A stretch of 64,000 nt of DNA, taken from the NCBI GenBank assembly GCA_964016885.1, contig OZ024740.1, positions 400,334,001 to 400,398,000 on the forward strand, written 5' to 3'. This document shows positions 1 to 15,075 of the stretch, in pieces. This DNA is from Eledone cirrhosa. Its lineage: Eukaryota. The position numbers were made by a program, and so were the translations under genes. Below the pieces are notes generated by a model that searched no databases, was not told the origin of the DNA, and saw only the letters and a list, made by a program, of their open reading frames with translations. Within the stretch, counting starts at the first letter, position 1; each line of letters begins with the position of its first letter.

Positions 1-408
1 TTTAAGTTTTTAAGTTTTTACCGGTTGCGCATTTCTAAATGCTTTTCAAAAATAATTTTGAGATAGAGTGTCCGTGCTGTTTGCTCTGATCTGATTAGTT
101 TTGGGAATTCTACCTGTTTTTATGTTAAAAAAGTGGCTCCAGCGTTATTTTTGTGTTGCAAAAATGCTTGTGGTCAAAACAATTTTGATTGGTCGGTAGA
201 GGTCATGTGGATAAAAAATTGGTTTTGCGCCAAAATTGAGAAATGACTCTTTCACAACAAATATGTGTGTGTGTGTGTGTGTATGTGTGTGTGTGTTGGT
301 GTGTGCATATGTGTGTGTGTGTGTGTGTGTGTGCAGTAGTAGTAGTAGTAAGGTGTTCGATGCTGCGACAATGGCCAGCAGCGATGTGTGTCAAATGGCT
401 ATTAAGAT

Positions 409-451
<43 letters not shown>

Positions 452-504
452 GCAGTCATTCGAAGGTCAAAAGATATTTTTCAGCTTTTGTCTTATACGG
501 AGAA

Positions 505-541
<37 letters not shown>

Positions 542-583
542 AGTCTCTTTGTATGTTGATGTACGCGTGTGTATGTGTTTGTG

Positions 584-636
<53 letters not shown>

Positions 637-758
637 ACCAGTATTTTTTTCCCCCTGGTAAAATGGTGTACATTATTCGATTTTTTCAGTAAAATCGGTT
701 CTCTTAATAGAACATCAAAAATCTTAACAACAAAAGGTGTGAAATGATATTCACTATA

Positions 759-789
<31 letters not shown>

Positions 790-1083
790 TCACTACATAT
801 ATATATATATATACATATATACATACATATATATGCACATATCTTTTTTTGTATTGCACCATAGAGCATGTGTGTTTACGTGTGTCATTGTGTTTATATG
901 TGGGTAGAGATGTGTGCTGATGTAGGTATGTATGTTGACGTGTGTATGTTGTGGGTTCGTCTTAGGGAGAAGTGTTTAGACGGGGTCCGTATTTGTTAAT
1001 GAAGTAAGATTCCTTGCTGATGCGCTGGGTGTGGGTGGCATTATCTTTAAATTTGTAGAGGGGAAAGATTCTGAAGTTGGGAT
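1..1083 (-). repeat. Inverted arm (pseudo-LTR-type inversion) pairing with 2566-3750
   Basis: 1-30 = revcomp of 3721-3750; 961-1083 = revcomp of 2566-2688; differences mostly in microsatellite lengths. Confidence 0.95.
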
Positions 1084-2687
1084 TTCCACAGACATAATCA
1101 TCAATGTCCCCTCACCCAATGATCCCAAATTAAGACCTATAATAGCAGGCCCCGCTTGCGAAACGCACCGTCTTAGCAACTTCATTGATACCCTTCTCAA
1201 ACCCTTCCTCAAGCACATCAAAAGCTACATAAGGGACGACCTAGATATGCTCAATCACCTCCCTAATATGCCACTTTCTGAACAAACCCTACTAGTGACG
1301 TTCGATGTAGTCAACCTATACTCCAACATCCCCCACAACCTAGGAATAGAAGCTATCCAATTCTGGCTGGATAATTTCCACAATGAACTCCCACAACGCA
1401 TCAAAAAAGAATTCGTGATAGAGGGACTCATTTATCTTGGAGAACAATTACTTCGTTTTCAATAACAAACCCTACAGGCAGAAATCTGGGACCGCTATGG
1501 GAACGAAAACAGCCCCTACTTATGCCAACCTAGTCATGGGATACCTGGAAATCACCCTCTACACTAAAGTCCTAAACAAATTTGGAAACACCCTCCACTT
1601 ACACATTGAAAGGAACTGGAAGCGATATCTAGATGGCTGCTTCATCCTTTGGCACGAAAACATCGAAAAACTTAAAGAATTTCACACCCTTATAAATGGG
1701 CTCAACACAAATATTAACTTCACGATGGAATACAGCCATCAACAACTCCCCTTCCTCGACATCCCCATTAAGATCCATAACAAAAAAATAGAAACAGACA
1801 TATACTACAAGCCCACAGACTCCAAGCAATATCTCCCCTTCAACTCTTGCCACCCTAGACACGTTAAAATTAATATTCCCTACAACTTAGCCAAGAGAAT
1901 CTGTACTATAGTCTCCAATAAAAACATCTGCTACTTACGGCTACAAGAACTAAAGGACACACTCATAGGCAGGGACTACCCTGCATCACTAATTGACAAT
2001 GGAATCCAACGTGCCCTAAAACTCAGTACCCAGGACCTTAGACACCCTAAATTAAATCAACCAAAACTAAAAGCTCTTCCATACATCTCCACACACAACC
2101 CCCTCAACAATGAGGCCTTTGACACCATCCTCCAGAACATCCCTGTATTGAAAAAGGACCATAGAATGAACCAAATTCTACGAACACACGATATCATAAA
2201 GAGCAAAAGACAATCCGAGTCAATGAAAAACATCTTAACACATGCCAAAGTACTGCCAACCACAACAACGAAACCCACAGTAAAAAAATGCGATAGACCC
2301 AACTGTGGCATTTGCATCAACCTAATAGAGGGTTCGGAATTCTATTTCAAAGATGGACAACGTTTTATAGTAAAACACAACTTCACATGTGCATCGGAAA
2401 ATCTAATATATGTATTAACTTGTTCAGGTTGTCGAGAACAATACATAGGCCAGACCCAAAACAGCCTCCGCCAACGCATTACTGTCCATAGATCCCAAAT
2501 TAAAATACGGGAATACAGGAAAATACCACTGAGTGAACACATTGATACCTGTGCCGCCCAAAATCATCCCAACTTCAGAATCTTTCCCCTCTACAAATTT
2601 AAAGATAATGCCACCCACACCCAGCGCATCAGCAAGGAATCTTACTTCATTAACAAATACGGACCCCGTCTAAACACTTCTCCCTAA
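1084..2687 (+). pseudogene. PLE reverse transcriptase + Cys linker + GIY-YIG endonuclease, disrupted
   Basis: Motifs LRPIIAGP, TFDVVNLYSNIP, GTAMGTKTAPTYANLVM, WKRYLDGC (YLDD with second Asp changed to Gly, ggc at 1635), LPFLD, YYKPTD, SCHP, CxxxxCxxC linker, NLIY..C..C..YIGQT..LRQR..H; frameshift near 1432-1437 joins ORFs 1031..1465 and 1437..2687. Confidence 0.92.
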
Positions 2688-2859
2688 GACGAACCCACAA
2701 CATACACACGTCAACATACATACCTACATCAGCACACATCTCTACCCACATATAAACACAATGACACACGTAAACACACATGCTCTATGGTGCAATACAA
2801 AAAAAGATATGTGCATATATATGTATGTATATATGTATATATATATATATATGTAGTGA

Positions 2860-2890
<31 letters not shown>

Positions 2891-3171
2891 TATAGTGAAT
2901 ATCATTTCACACCTTTTATTGTTAAGATTTTTGATGTTCTATTAAGAGAACCGATTTTACTGAAAAAATCGAATAATGTACACCATTTTACCAGGGGAAA
3001 AAAAATACTGGTCCACCCACACACACACACACATATATATATATACACAAACACATACACACGCGTACATCAACATACAAAGAGACTTATACACACACAC
3101 ACACACACACACGCACTTCTCCGTATAAGACAAAAGCTGAAAAATATCTTTTGACCTTCGAATGACTCTGC

Positions 3172-3236
<65 letters not shown>

Positions 3237-3306
3237 ATCTTAATAGCCATTTGACACACATCGCTGCTGGCCTATTGTCGCAGCATCGAACACCTTACTA
3301 CTACTA

Positions 3307-3363
<57 letters not shown>

Positions 3364-3414
3364 TACACACACACACACATATATTTGTTGTGAAAGAGTC
3401 ATTTCTCAATCTTG

Positions 3415-3636
3415 GCGCAAAACCAATTTTTTATCCACATGACCTCTACCGACCAATCAAAATTGTTTTGACCAAGAATTTTTGCTGGAGCCACTTTTTT
3501 AACATAAAAACAGTCTTAGCGCAAAATCAACTTTTTACATTCACATGACCTCTACCGACCAATCAAAATTGTTTTGACCACAAGCATTTTTGCAACACAA
3601 AAATAACGCTGGAGCCACTTTTTTAACATAAAAACA
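3415..3636 (+). repeat. About 100-120 bp imperfect tandem duplication in the PLE tail
   Basis: gcgcaaaa...cacatgacctctaccgaccaatcaaaattgttttgacca...gctggagccacttttttaacataaaaacag occurs twice. Confidence 0.9.
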
Positions 3637-4342
3637 GGTAGAATTCCCAAAACTAATCAGATCAGAGCAAACAGCACGGACACTCTATCTCAAAATTATT
3701 TTTGAAAAGCATTTAGAAATGCGCAACCGGTAAAAACTTAAAAACTTAAAACCACAACTGAATACTAACCCATACAATCACTAATACTCTTTTATTCCTA
3801 ATTAAACCATTTTTCAACTGTGAACAATTTGTCAGCATTTTCTATTCCGTTTACCAATATATATATATATATACACACATATATATATATATCGGTTTAC
3901 TTATGGGAAGACCTCCATATGTCGAACGTGCTCTACCTGATACCAATAGCTAGGGGTTTATAAACGTTACTTGTTATTCGTAGCTGAGTACAATGATATG
4001 TATGTGTAAGTGTATGTTTATGTGGATGTGTCCTTGTGTGTTATTGTGTGAGATTATAGGAATTTTTATTTCTGTAACTATAGACTTGACACATTATTCT
4101 TAGCCACGGTTTTCCTTTCTTTTGTTGTCAGACCTCAGTTTCTTTTCTGCTTTTAGCACAAAATTGGACGTAAATATATCAACACATATATACACCAAAC
4201 AACGGAGACATTTGGGTACACATATATACAGACACAAACACGCATGGACACACACAAAAATACACACACACACACACACATACACACACACACACACACA
4301 TACACACACATATATATATATGGGTGGGTGGGGGTGGGGCGT

Positions 4343-4422
4343 ATGATTTATTTTGAATGAAACAGTTCTGGGCCTGTAGAAGTTACACACAAGTGTATTG
4401 AGTACCTTCCTAACTGTGGTTA
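4343..4422 (+). mobile_element. PLE terminal remnant, family A (3' half of HHR)
   Basis: gaatgaaacagttctgggcctgtagaa...gtattgagtacctt..actgtggtt matches 39841-39930 and 6990-7020. Confidence 0.7.
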
Positions 4423-4466
4423 TATTATATATATATATATATATAGGGAGAGAGAGAGAGGGAGAC

Positions 4467-4564
<98 letters not shown>

Positions 4565-4594
4565 AAAAGTTAGCTTCGGCATATTTATATACAT

Positions 4595-4868
4595 ATATGC
4601 ATGTGAATTTCGTATATCTAAGGATATACAGTATATTCAATAAATAAAGATCTTGAAGCCCCAGTTATGAATACTCAAACGCTGGCGTCTAGCGGATTCC
4701 AGCAGAAGCAGTGACGGACAACTGCCTATGCGCATTTCGAGTTCTGGCCCTCATCAGGACAGTGCTGGACATCAGTCTTTCAATATTCATATCTGGGCTT
4801 TCAAAATATTTATTTGTTAACATACCCTATATCTTTAGATATACAAAATTCTCATACATATATGCATA
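4595..4868. mobile_element. Inverted PLE-type terminal remnant carrying an HHR; degenerate sister copy at 5018-5190
   Basis: 4595-4675 is an imperfect inverted repeat of 4783-4868; HHR between the arms. Confidence 0.7.
4721..4763 (-). ncRNA. Minimal type I hammerhead ribozyme
   Basis: Minus strand: actgtc CTGATGA gggccagaactc GAAA tgcgca TA ggcagt; stem I actgtc/ggcagt, palindromic stem III atgcgcat, AUA cleavage triplet. Confidence 0.85.
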
Positions 4869-5203
4869 CAGCTATGCCGAAGCTACATTTTCATTCTACC
4901 TTTAAGTTGAACCACTTTATATAGCTTCTTATGCAAATGATGCTAATCTGCCCAAATACTTAGGCGAAAATATATAGTATTTTCGCCTATTTTCAAGTTC
5001 CAACAGAGGGCAAGGAAGTACTGTCCCGATGAGAGCCAGTAGGTCAAAATACTCATTGGCATTTATCCCTCGTTGCTTCTACAGGGATCCGCTAGCCGGC
5101 GCTGGCTGTCAGATTTCAATATTCATAGCTGGGCTTTCAAAATATTTATTTATTAAACATACCGTATATCTTTTTTACATACGAAATTCACACACACACA
5201 CAC

Positions 5204-5241
<38 letters not shown>

Positions 5242-5246
5242 GCACG

Positions 5247-5377
<131 letters not shown>

Positions 5378-5436
5378 ACATACACACATACACACACATA
5401 CTTGCATGCACACACACACACACATATATATATACA

Positions 5437-5715
5437 CATTGTTATACTTTGGGAGGGTAATGCTGCCAACACAAAATACCTAAAATATTAGTCAATGAGG
5501 TGATCACAGAATGTGTGACAGACAAGTTGTGATGGCAATTTACAACTAAATAACCACCCCGTTGTTAAACTGAGAAATTCTCATAATAAACTGAAGTGAA
5601 ACCCAACAAGTGTATGTGTTTTTTTATTGGCAACATCTCCCTTCCAGATATAACAATATCTGTTTCAACACACGTTTTTAAATAAAGAATCTTGCAAAAC
5701 AAATACAAATACGAT
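5437..5715. mobile_element. Diverged terminal remnant of the PLE family at 59135-60550
   Basis: attgttatactttgggagggt and ttattggcaacat...ataacaatatc.gtttcaacacacg...ataaagaatcttgc match 59135-59165 and 60455-60535. Confidence 0.7.
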
Positions 5716-5747
5716 ACACACACACACACACACACACACACACCCAT

Positions 5748-5856
<109 letters not shown>

Positions 5857-6150
5857 AATTTAAATGTATAGGAAAAACAAACGACTAGGTATGAAGTATA
5901 GGTTAGATGAGAATTCTTATCATTATAATTACTCCGTGATCTCCCACCTGGATACTGTACATTGAACTCTCAGTTTGGACCATTACCGCACCTTTTACAA
6001 CGACCATGTCGAGAAAAACACTTTGGTAAGCAATCTTACTTGTTTATTTTGTTTGTACACTGATTCACATAAACGAATTTAATCTTATATATCTTCTACT
6101 ACGGATATAACCTCCAAGTGTTCTACCACTATATATATATATATATATAT

Positions 6151-6370
6151 AGTAATAATAATAAATTTGAAGACTTAAATCCAAAGAGGGCTGGCTCGAT
6201 AAGGATAAATATATATATCAAATATATAGGACCGTAGTGCAAATATTTATTAAAATAACAGATTAAAGTTTAAGCAAAGAATCGTTGCTTTCACCCTTAA
6301 CGGGATCTTCTTAAGACCCCGTTAAGGGTGAAAGCAGCGATTCTTTGCTTAAACTTTAATCTGTAATTAA
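6151..6370. mobile_element. Palindromic PLE terminal remnant, family G
   Basis: Near-perfect hairpin 6258-6364 centred about 6311; same family at 33549-33603, 53645-53737, 55736-55927, 57605-57672; flanked by (TA)n. Confidence 0.8.
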
Positions 6371-6605
6371 TATATATATATATATATATATATATAAACA
6401 AGGTTTAGCAAATAATGAAAAAGTTTCAAAATAAATTTTAAAAAATTGACTTTACCTACTATAGTTACCTTTACCGATCGGTTTCGAAGTGGTAGGACAC
6501 TGGGAGTTTATATCCGTAGCAGTAGACCACTTAGTCTATGGGACTAGTTCGGTAGAAGTTATTTCCCCAACAGTTAATAAACCATTATCGAGGACGCGTG
6601 TGATC

Positions 6606-6789
6606 GGCGGTGGATTGGTAGTATCGGTAGAGGGTCGGACGCCATGCTTTCCAGCATAGTTACGTCCCTTTACGATCTGAGTTCAAATCCCGCCGAGCTT
6701 GACTTTGCCTTTCATCCTTACGGGGTCGATAAAATAAAGTACCAGTAATGCACTGGGTAATTGCTGGCCTTGTGCCAAAAGTAGAAAAA
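6606..6789 (+). mobile_element. tRNA-derived SINE with Meta/MESC-like core
   Basis: A-box-like tggtagtatcgg, B-box gagttcaaatcc, core gcctttcatccttacggggtcgataaaataaagtaccag; 18-bp TSD attatcgaggacgcgtgt (6584-6601, 6790-6807). Confidence 0.9.
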
Positions 6790-6890
6790 ATTATCGAGGA
6801 CGCGTGTTTCACCATGCATATCTTCAATATAAATATATATATATATAAATATATATATACATATATATATAAATATTTATATATAGATAT

Positions 6891-7021
6891 AGGTATCCGG
6901 GTTGAATCAGAGGTAACCACAGTAAGTAAGATACTCAATACATAGCAGAGTATAACAGTTTTAATATAGATGAGATTCTACATTCTAAAGAATGAAACAG
7001 TTCTAGTCCTGTAGAATCTCA

Positions 7022-7030
<9 letters not shown>
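6891..7030. mobile_element. Inverted PLE terminal remnant, family A
   Basis: 6891-6981 = revcomp of the family A 3' end (cf. 39862-39957), joined to a + strand HHR 3' half. Confidence 0.75.
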
Positions 7031-7059
<29 letters not shown>

Positions 7060-7421
7060 TACATATATATATTAATAAAAGGAATTCCAACTTTGTCTGA
7101 TTTACTCGTTTTATTTACAATCCTTTAAAATTTTAATGGTATTGGGGGATGAAATAGTATGGTAGAATATTAAATGTTAAGTGTTAATTGAACCAGTACT
7201 TTTATGCTTTCGCAATCTTCAGGTTCATATTCTGTGGTGACAGTCAAGTTTGCAGTTTTCAACTGTAATGAGATGGGTAAATTTTGTGCCTTATATACAG
7301 TGAAAAGTGGCTACAGAATGCTAAATATTGCAAACTGTATTTCGACCAATCGGTGTGTAGTTTCACTGGATAGTTATAGGTCACTTCCAACCGACCAAAC
7401 GAACCACAGGAGGTCAAATCC

Positions 7422-7754
7422 TATGTGGGCATGGCGGAGGGCCGAATTAAGGAACATTTCCTGAACCACCAGTCTAGCTTCAGGTACCCGGACAAACGTT
7501 CATGCACGAAACTCGCGAGCCACGTATGGTCCCTAAAGGACTCAAGTATAGACTACTCCATTCAATGGAAAGCCATCATTAAGTCCAAGCCATACGCAAG
7601 GGGAAATCCGACGTGTGGCTTATGTATTGACGAACGAATAACTATTCTAAAGAGATTACGCAATAGTGATTGCCTAAACACGCAAAATGAATTTTTCACA
7701 CGTTGTCCACACGCTGCCAAACACATATTGCATAACTACAAGGCTCCTGACTGA
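7422..7754 (+). pseudogene. Truncated PLE GIY-YIG endonuclease
   Basis: ORF 7425..7754 preceded by YVG (tatgtgggc); no RT upstream. Confidence 0.85.
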
Positions 7755-7916
7755 ATCTTTGTAATTTTATTTTCAATCTAAAAACTTTTCGGACTTTCGC
7801 AGTTATCTCCCTTACATCTCTCGCACGCAGTCTAGTATCGCCTGTGTGAGGTGACCGGGTTTCTGCCCATGGGCGTTCGTACGGTTGTCCTTCCTGTTCC
7901 TATAACCATGCCTATT

Positions 7917-7956
7917 CCGAGCTGAGGATCCCCTAAGGTGAAACAATTGTTCTCGG
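7917..7956 (+). ncRNA. Minimal type I hammerhead ribozyme
   Basis: ccgag CTGAGGA tcccctaaggt GAAA caattg TT ctcgg; stem I ccgag/ctcgg, palindromic stem III acaattgt. Confidence 0.85.
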
Positions 7957-8050
7957 TATGGCGAACTAACTGTTGTGTAACCACTCCTACCTAACTCGTC
8001 CCATGGTCTGAGTGCTCTACCACTACGGATATTATCTTCGAGTGTTTCAC

Positions 8051-8092
<42 letters not shown>

Positions 8093-8367
8093 GTGTATAT
8101 AATATAAAACGAAAAACCAGTGATGCATCTGAACTCAATTTATTGTGTGTTACAATTGTTTCCCCGGCGGACAGCTCGAGACACGATCATTGTGTGGATC
8201 TATCTGATTCTGGATCTGCAGGTTCGACGGACACGTCTAATAATTTCGGAGTAAATTCTTTCACTTAAATGTGTATATATATATAAATGTGTATATAAGT
8301 GTATATATACATATATAAATGAATTGATTAAAATAAGCAGGATTAAATCACATTAAATTATTTAATT

Positions 8368-8434
8368 GATTTACGAACGTTTCCAATAATATAACAGGAA
8401 TAGTCATTCCTGCTGTATTGATCTCACCAGAATC
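8368..8434 (-). ncRNA. Type I hammerhead with long stem II and A6G core change
   Basis: Minus: gatt CTGGTGA gatcaatacagcaggaatgactattcctgttatattattg GAAA cgttcg TA aatc. Confidence 0.65.
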
Positions 8435-8771
8435 TATTAACTAACATATATAACATAGATTTTCACCAAACACATCCGAATGTCTTAACCCCGAAATCGT
8501 AAAGAGGTTGAGAATCCTAAAGAGATTGAGAATCACATTGGAGCTTTGACTTATTCTTTGCCTTTATATGGTTGTGTTATCGGCTCATCTAAACTGTCTT
8601 GTATGTGTGTGTGTATATATATATATGTGTGTGTGTGCGTGTGTCTGTGTGTGTATGTAAATATAAATATGTATGAGTATATATACATACATATGTTTAT
8701 ACATTTTATATCAAATATAGACACACGCACATATATATATATATAAATAAATATATATATATATACATACA

Positions 8772-8835
<64 letters not shown>

Positions 8836-10440
8836 TATATATACATATATATTCATCTATATTAACTCTACGCGCATCCAACACAACACATCTTAATTCG
8901 TCTAAACATGAGATATATCATCAAAGCGCACAGTTAGCTAGACAATTTAGAGTTATGCCATTATAATTGTTTGATAAAAGAAGTCTTGGGGCTATAATTA
9001 GAAATTGCTCGATTCTCAAAGCTTTATATTTGGAATGTTAACTAAATGAACAGAATTAATGAAGACTCATAGATATAAATGTATATAGTATTATCTATTA
9101 TGCTGGAATATGAATAATAGAATTAATTCTATTAATATATCAATGCAACTTAAAATAATATTTTCTCATCTATGATTATCACTGGGAAAATAAGCTGTTA
9201 TATTTCATATTTGTTAAATGAAGATATTATTATCGATAGAGTTTGTCAATAAAATACGTTGAATAATAAATATGTACACTAAAATCGCTAATGATGGATT
9301 AATAAAATATTCTATCTTCTATTATAATTATAGACTCTCCTTTTTTGACATCTTCAAATATTAAGGGGAGCTGAAGCTTTCACAATTATATTTGTCCAAC
9401 GAAATAATCTTTACGGAGTAATGATAACATACCGATTAAGTAATCTTAGTCAATATCCTCTAATGAGCAATTAATGAAAGATTTATCTCCTACTCACCTT
9501 CACTTTCTTCTTGGCTGTTCTTTGAATATGAAATATGCGGATAATTGAAATATATTTATCATTTTAGACGTAAGTAGCCCCAGTAATCAAAAGAATAAGT
9601 ATACATATCTTTGTATAGATAATACGATTTCCAATCTAATTTTCTATAAATCACCCAGGCATTCTCTGCTATTAAAGTACAATGATCAAATGACAAATGG
9701 ATTTCTGTTCAAGATAATGCAATTGTTATAGAATGTTATATCTATGAACCGAAAACTCTTAAAATCTTAGAATATACGGAGGCCTTTATTAGATATATGT
9801 ATATACATCTTGATTTTATCTAAAACTATTATAGTGTTATAATGAATAATATGCATCTAGCAAACGCTCCTAAGAGATTATAACCACACAATTGTTTTCA
9901 TAGAAAACTAGAAATATATACTTAAAAGGAAAATTAGTGTATTAAAAAATCTATAAAAATTAGTGTGACTTAGCTGATATAATAAACTCATTATTTCTAT
10001 TTGAAAGCTATAGAACATTGCCTTTAGCTGAAACACAGAAGCCACATATACACACATACAGACACACACACATACACCCAAACATGTATTTCTATATTGT
10101 TTTATTATTGTTTGATATGTCTTTGACTTTCTCCCTTTTTATACCAATATTATATCTTATATTGCATTGAATACTGAACTCTCACACACGATATTTTCCC
10201 GACTAACGCCCTCTTCAACTCATACAATATATATGTTTCCCACCATAAACTTCACTTTTGCCTTATATCGAATGAAACGCTTCACATCAACAATAACTTA
10301 TAACATGTGATAACATATGCATTTCTAATTTACTGCTATGTATACTGCTATACTGACACACACACACACACGAACACATATAAATATATACGTATTCATA
10401 TATAGGTACAAACACGCACACACACGGGCACACACACATG

Positions 10441-10473
<33 letters not shown>

Positions 10474-10484
10474 AGAGAGAGAGA

Positions 10485-10560
<76 letters not shown>

Positions 10561-10849
10561 AAGAGAGAGAGAGATTGCGATAGGGAGATTAGCGGATCTT
10601 CAAGTCGCACCAAAGAAAATACTCCTCTTCCCTTGATTTTCAAACCTACATCCATATGCTTGTTAGGCCCATTCACTCGGGCCATTCCCGCTACATCACC
10701 CAAATTTTAACAAATATACTAAGCGTTAGCACGGCTTTATCCACCCTCATATTTCATTCCAGCATCGTCTTTCTGGCAGTTGTTGCCAACTCCATTAACA
10801 GTATTGCTAATTGAACCCCTCTCCTCTACACTTTGACCATTTCGCAGCC

Positions 10850-10975
10850 TATGACATAGGCGCTGAGCTGGCCAGCCGCAGGTGTGAGCCTCACGAGTTG
10901 GAATGGCTCTTCCAGCGCATCTCCCTTACCATCCTCCGGGGAAACGCCTTCTCCATTCTGTCCGCCGGGGCTGTG
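10850..10975 (+). mobile_element. 3' fragment of a CRE-like (restriction-like endonuclease) non-LTR retrotransposon
   Basis: ELEWLFQRISLTILRGNAFSIL resembles the C-terminal QRISxAIQRGNA motif of CRE-clade ORFs. Confidence 0.6.
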
Positions 10976-11361
10976 GGGCGGCCAGCACGTGGGACCCCAT
11001 TTTCTCACCATACGGAGGGATGGCGAGGGCCAGAGAGATAGAGGCGATGACAGTGGGAGTTCGACTGACTGATTCTTGTAGTATTCATTTGCCATTAGCA
11101 CATTATATTCAATATATAGAAGTAGGAATGATAATGATGATGATGATGTATCTGTTATTGATGTTGTTGATACTACTGTTTAAATCCAATGACCTCCACC
11201 CATCCCAATCACATTACAGTATAGTACAGTTTTAACATGAATCCTTATTAAGCAGGAAGATTTTATAATATTCAGCCGTTTGTGCTGTTCTAGATACAAA
11301 CGATAGATTGTTGTCCACTGTGTCAAATATTGTAGTCTGGCTGTTGTTATTTCATTTCTAT

Positions 11362-11545
11362 GGGCGGTGAATTGGCAGTATCGGTAGAGGGTCGGACGCC
11401 ATGCTTTCCGGCATAGTTACATCCCTTTACGGTCTCAGTTCAAATCCCGCCGAGGTTCATTTTGCCTTTCATCCTTACGGGGTCGATAAAATAGAGTACC
11501 AGTAATGTACTGAAAATTGCTGGCCTTGTGCCAAAAGTAGAAACA
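11362..11545 (+). mobile_element. Meta-type tRNA SINE
   Basis: Full-length copy; TSD gttatttcatttc(c)tatg. Confidence 0.9.
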
Positions 11546-11579
11546 GTTATTTCATTTCCTATGTTTGAGGTCGTTGTTG

Positions 11580-11985
11580 TTGGTGTCAATATTTTCTGTT
11601 GTAGTTGAGTGAAGGCTACTTTCCTGTTGTTGTTTCCGTTGCAGTTTATGCTGTTATCGTCCTTGTGTTGTTGTTGTCACTGATGTTGCTGTTGTTGTTG
11701 TTTTTGTTGTTGTTGTTGTTGTTGTGGCTTCTGTAGCTGCTGTTCCTGTTGTTGTGTTTGTTGTTGTTGTTGCTTCTGTTGCAGTTTATACTGTTATCGC
11801 CCCTGCTGTTGTTGTTGCTGTTGTTGTTGCTGTTGCTGTTGTTGTTGTTGCTGATGTTGTTGCTGTTGCTGTTGTTGTGTTTGTTGTTGTTTTTGTTATT
11901 GTTGTTGCTTCTGTTGCAGTTTATGCTGTTATCGCCCTTGCTGTTGTTGTTGTTGCTGATGTTGTTGCTGTTGCTGTTGTTGTGT

Positions 11986-12017
<32 letters not shown>

Positions 12018-12180
12018 ATTGTTGTTGTTTTTGTTGTTGCTTCTGTTGCAGTTTATGCTTTATCGCCCTTGTTGTTGTTGTTATTGTTATTGCCGATGTT
12101 GCGGCTGTTGTTGTTGTTATTGCCGATGTTGTCCAAGCTATTGTTATTGGAGTTGTTGTTTTCACTAGTATTTGAGATTA
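11580..12180. repeat. (GTT/GCT)n composite minisatellite
   Basis: Recurring gcttctgttgcagtttatgctgttatcgcccttg units embedded in (GTT)n. Confidence 0.85.
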
Positions 12181-13239
12181 AGATATAACTCTATTTACTT
12201 TCATTGTTGTTTTTAGTGTTAGCTTTTGCTGCGGTAGTTGTGGTGGTGACGTTGGCGTCGCTATCTCTTTACTTTTGACTTATGTCTGAAGTGTCGGCAA
12301 CGCCTGCCTGAACTCCCAATGACCTTTGTTGTTCCATTCTATGGATGCCATGCAGGAATGTTTGCTTCTATATTTCTTTGCTGAAAAATATGCATATTTA
12401 AAATACAGACCCCCACTACGCTAAGGGCTAAATTTTTAGAGGTGCCCTTTTGCAAGGTATAGTAAGGTGGCCTATACACAATGTTCGATAATAAAAAAAA
12501 AAACAAAAAACGCCAACAACAAATAACAAACTTACGTACCAGAAATTTGCGTGCTGAGTAGTTTAGAAACACAGTATAATAACATGATAATGATGATGAT
12601 AATGATGATGATGATGAGGATGATGATGATGTGAGTATGATGATGATGGTGATGATGATGATGGTGATGATGATGATTCGATGATGATGTCTATGATGGC
12701 AATGATAATGACGAAGACCATTACGATGATGATGATGATGATGATGGTAATAATAACAATAATAACAAAAACAATAAACACAATAGTACAACAAATAACA
12801 AAATAAAACATATGACGAGAAAATCTAGGAACTAACAACAACAATCATATGAAATACTAGGAATCAAAAAGAAATCAACACATCAGTACATCTCTGCAGT
12901 ATGGTGCCACAGGAGTGTTTTGGCGTGTTTCTGCCGGCTACTGGGAATTCACAAGCGGCACAAGATGTCTTCGCAATCTTTAATCGGACTTTTTTCAAAA
13001 GATTCTATCATGTTTTTAGTTCATCCGACTTTTCCATCATATCTTTCCTACCTTTACTCGTTACTCCTAACCCCCCTCCAAACCCCACATCTTTTTGTCA
13101 GTTTCTATGTATACATATTTTTCTGTATACTATTCATATTACAGTTGTTATTTTTTCTATCTGATCTCTCTCATCTTCCGTTGTCATTTCCTATATGTAT
13201 GGATATACACACGCACACACAATGTATATATGTATGAGT

Positions 13240-14660
<1,421 letters not shown>

Positions 14661-15075
14661 TAAACTCTGTGGGTGTCGGTGTGGGGATTTACTCATAACG
14701 TACATTATATATATATACATATACATTCATATTTATTTATCTATATGATGGTGTGCACATGCACCCACTCCAGGTTTTTATTATTTGCCCCCTTTCCGCA
14801 ACTTCCCGCTGTGAAGATATTTTTCCGCCATAATATTTTTGTCATTATTCACTTGAGAGAGTTTGACTTGTTCTGTTATTCTATTCAATTTATATTTTAT
14901 TATTCCCGTGATAATTCTCTATAAATCTTTTCAGCTTTCGAATTACTTCGCAATGCCATATTAAAACATCTTGTATTGTATCTAAATGCATCACCATCAA
15001 CATAAGCAGTAATGCTCGGTGTTGGCGTTGTCCTTCGTTTTTTGTTATAATTAGTATTACTATAAAGGCGACGAA

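Larger units (their letters stand above)
1..3858 (+). mobile_element. Penelope-like element (EN+, C-terminal GIY-YIG), 5'-truncated, with inverted copy of its 3' end placed upstream
   Basis: RT+GIY-YIG coding region 1084-2687, microsatellite-rich 3' tail to about 3858 ending at (TA)n; 1-1083 is the reverse complement of 2566-3750 (left arm runs off the window edge). Confidence 0.93.
7400..8054 (+). mobile_element. 3' end of a second PLE lineage (GIY-YIG C-terminus + HHR-bearing tail)
   Basis: SYVGMAEG..KEHFLNHQSSFR..TKLASHVWSLKD..IQW..CGLCIDER..LNTQNEFFTRCPH; ends at (TA)n. Confidence 0.88.

Noticed and set aside
1031-1083. MGGIIFKF.. N-terminus of ORF 1031..1465 (also seen in 2424..2618)
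   Set aside because: Antisense read of the inverted arm, not a real N-terminus
1084-2687. Naiad/Chlamys-type or selenoprotein-coding PLE
   Set aside because: Endonuclease is C-terminal, not N-terminal, and no in-frame TGA interrupts the ORF
3930-3992. GCTC TAC...GTA GCT GAGT as another copy of the bulged hairpin
   Set aside because: 3-nt bulge, long poorly paired loop and no upstream HHR; could be chance
5018-5075. Hammerhead at 5020-5065
   Set aside because: Core decayed (CCGATGA, AAAA); counted only as a dead copy of the 4721 family
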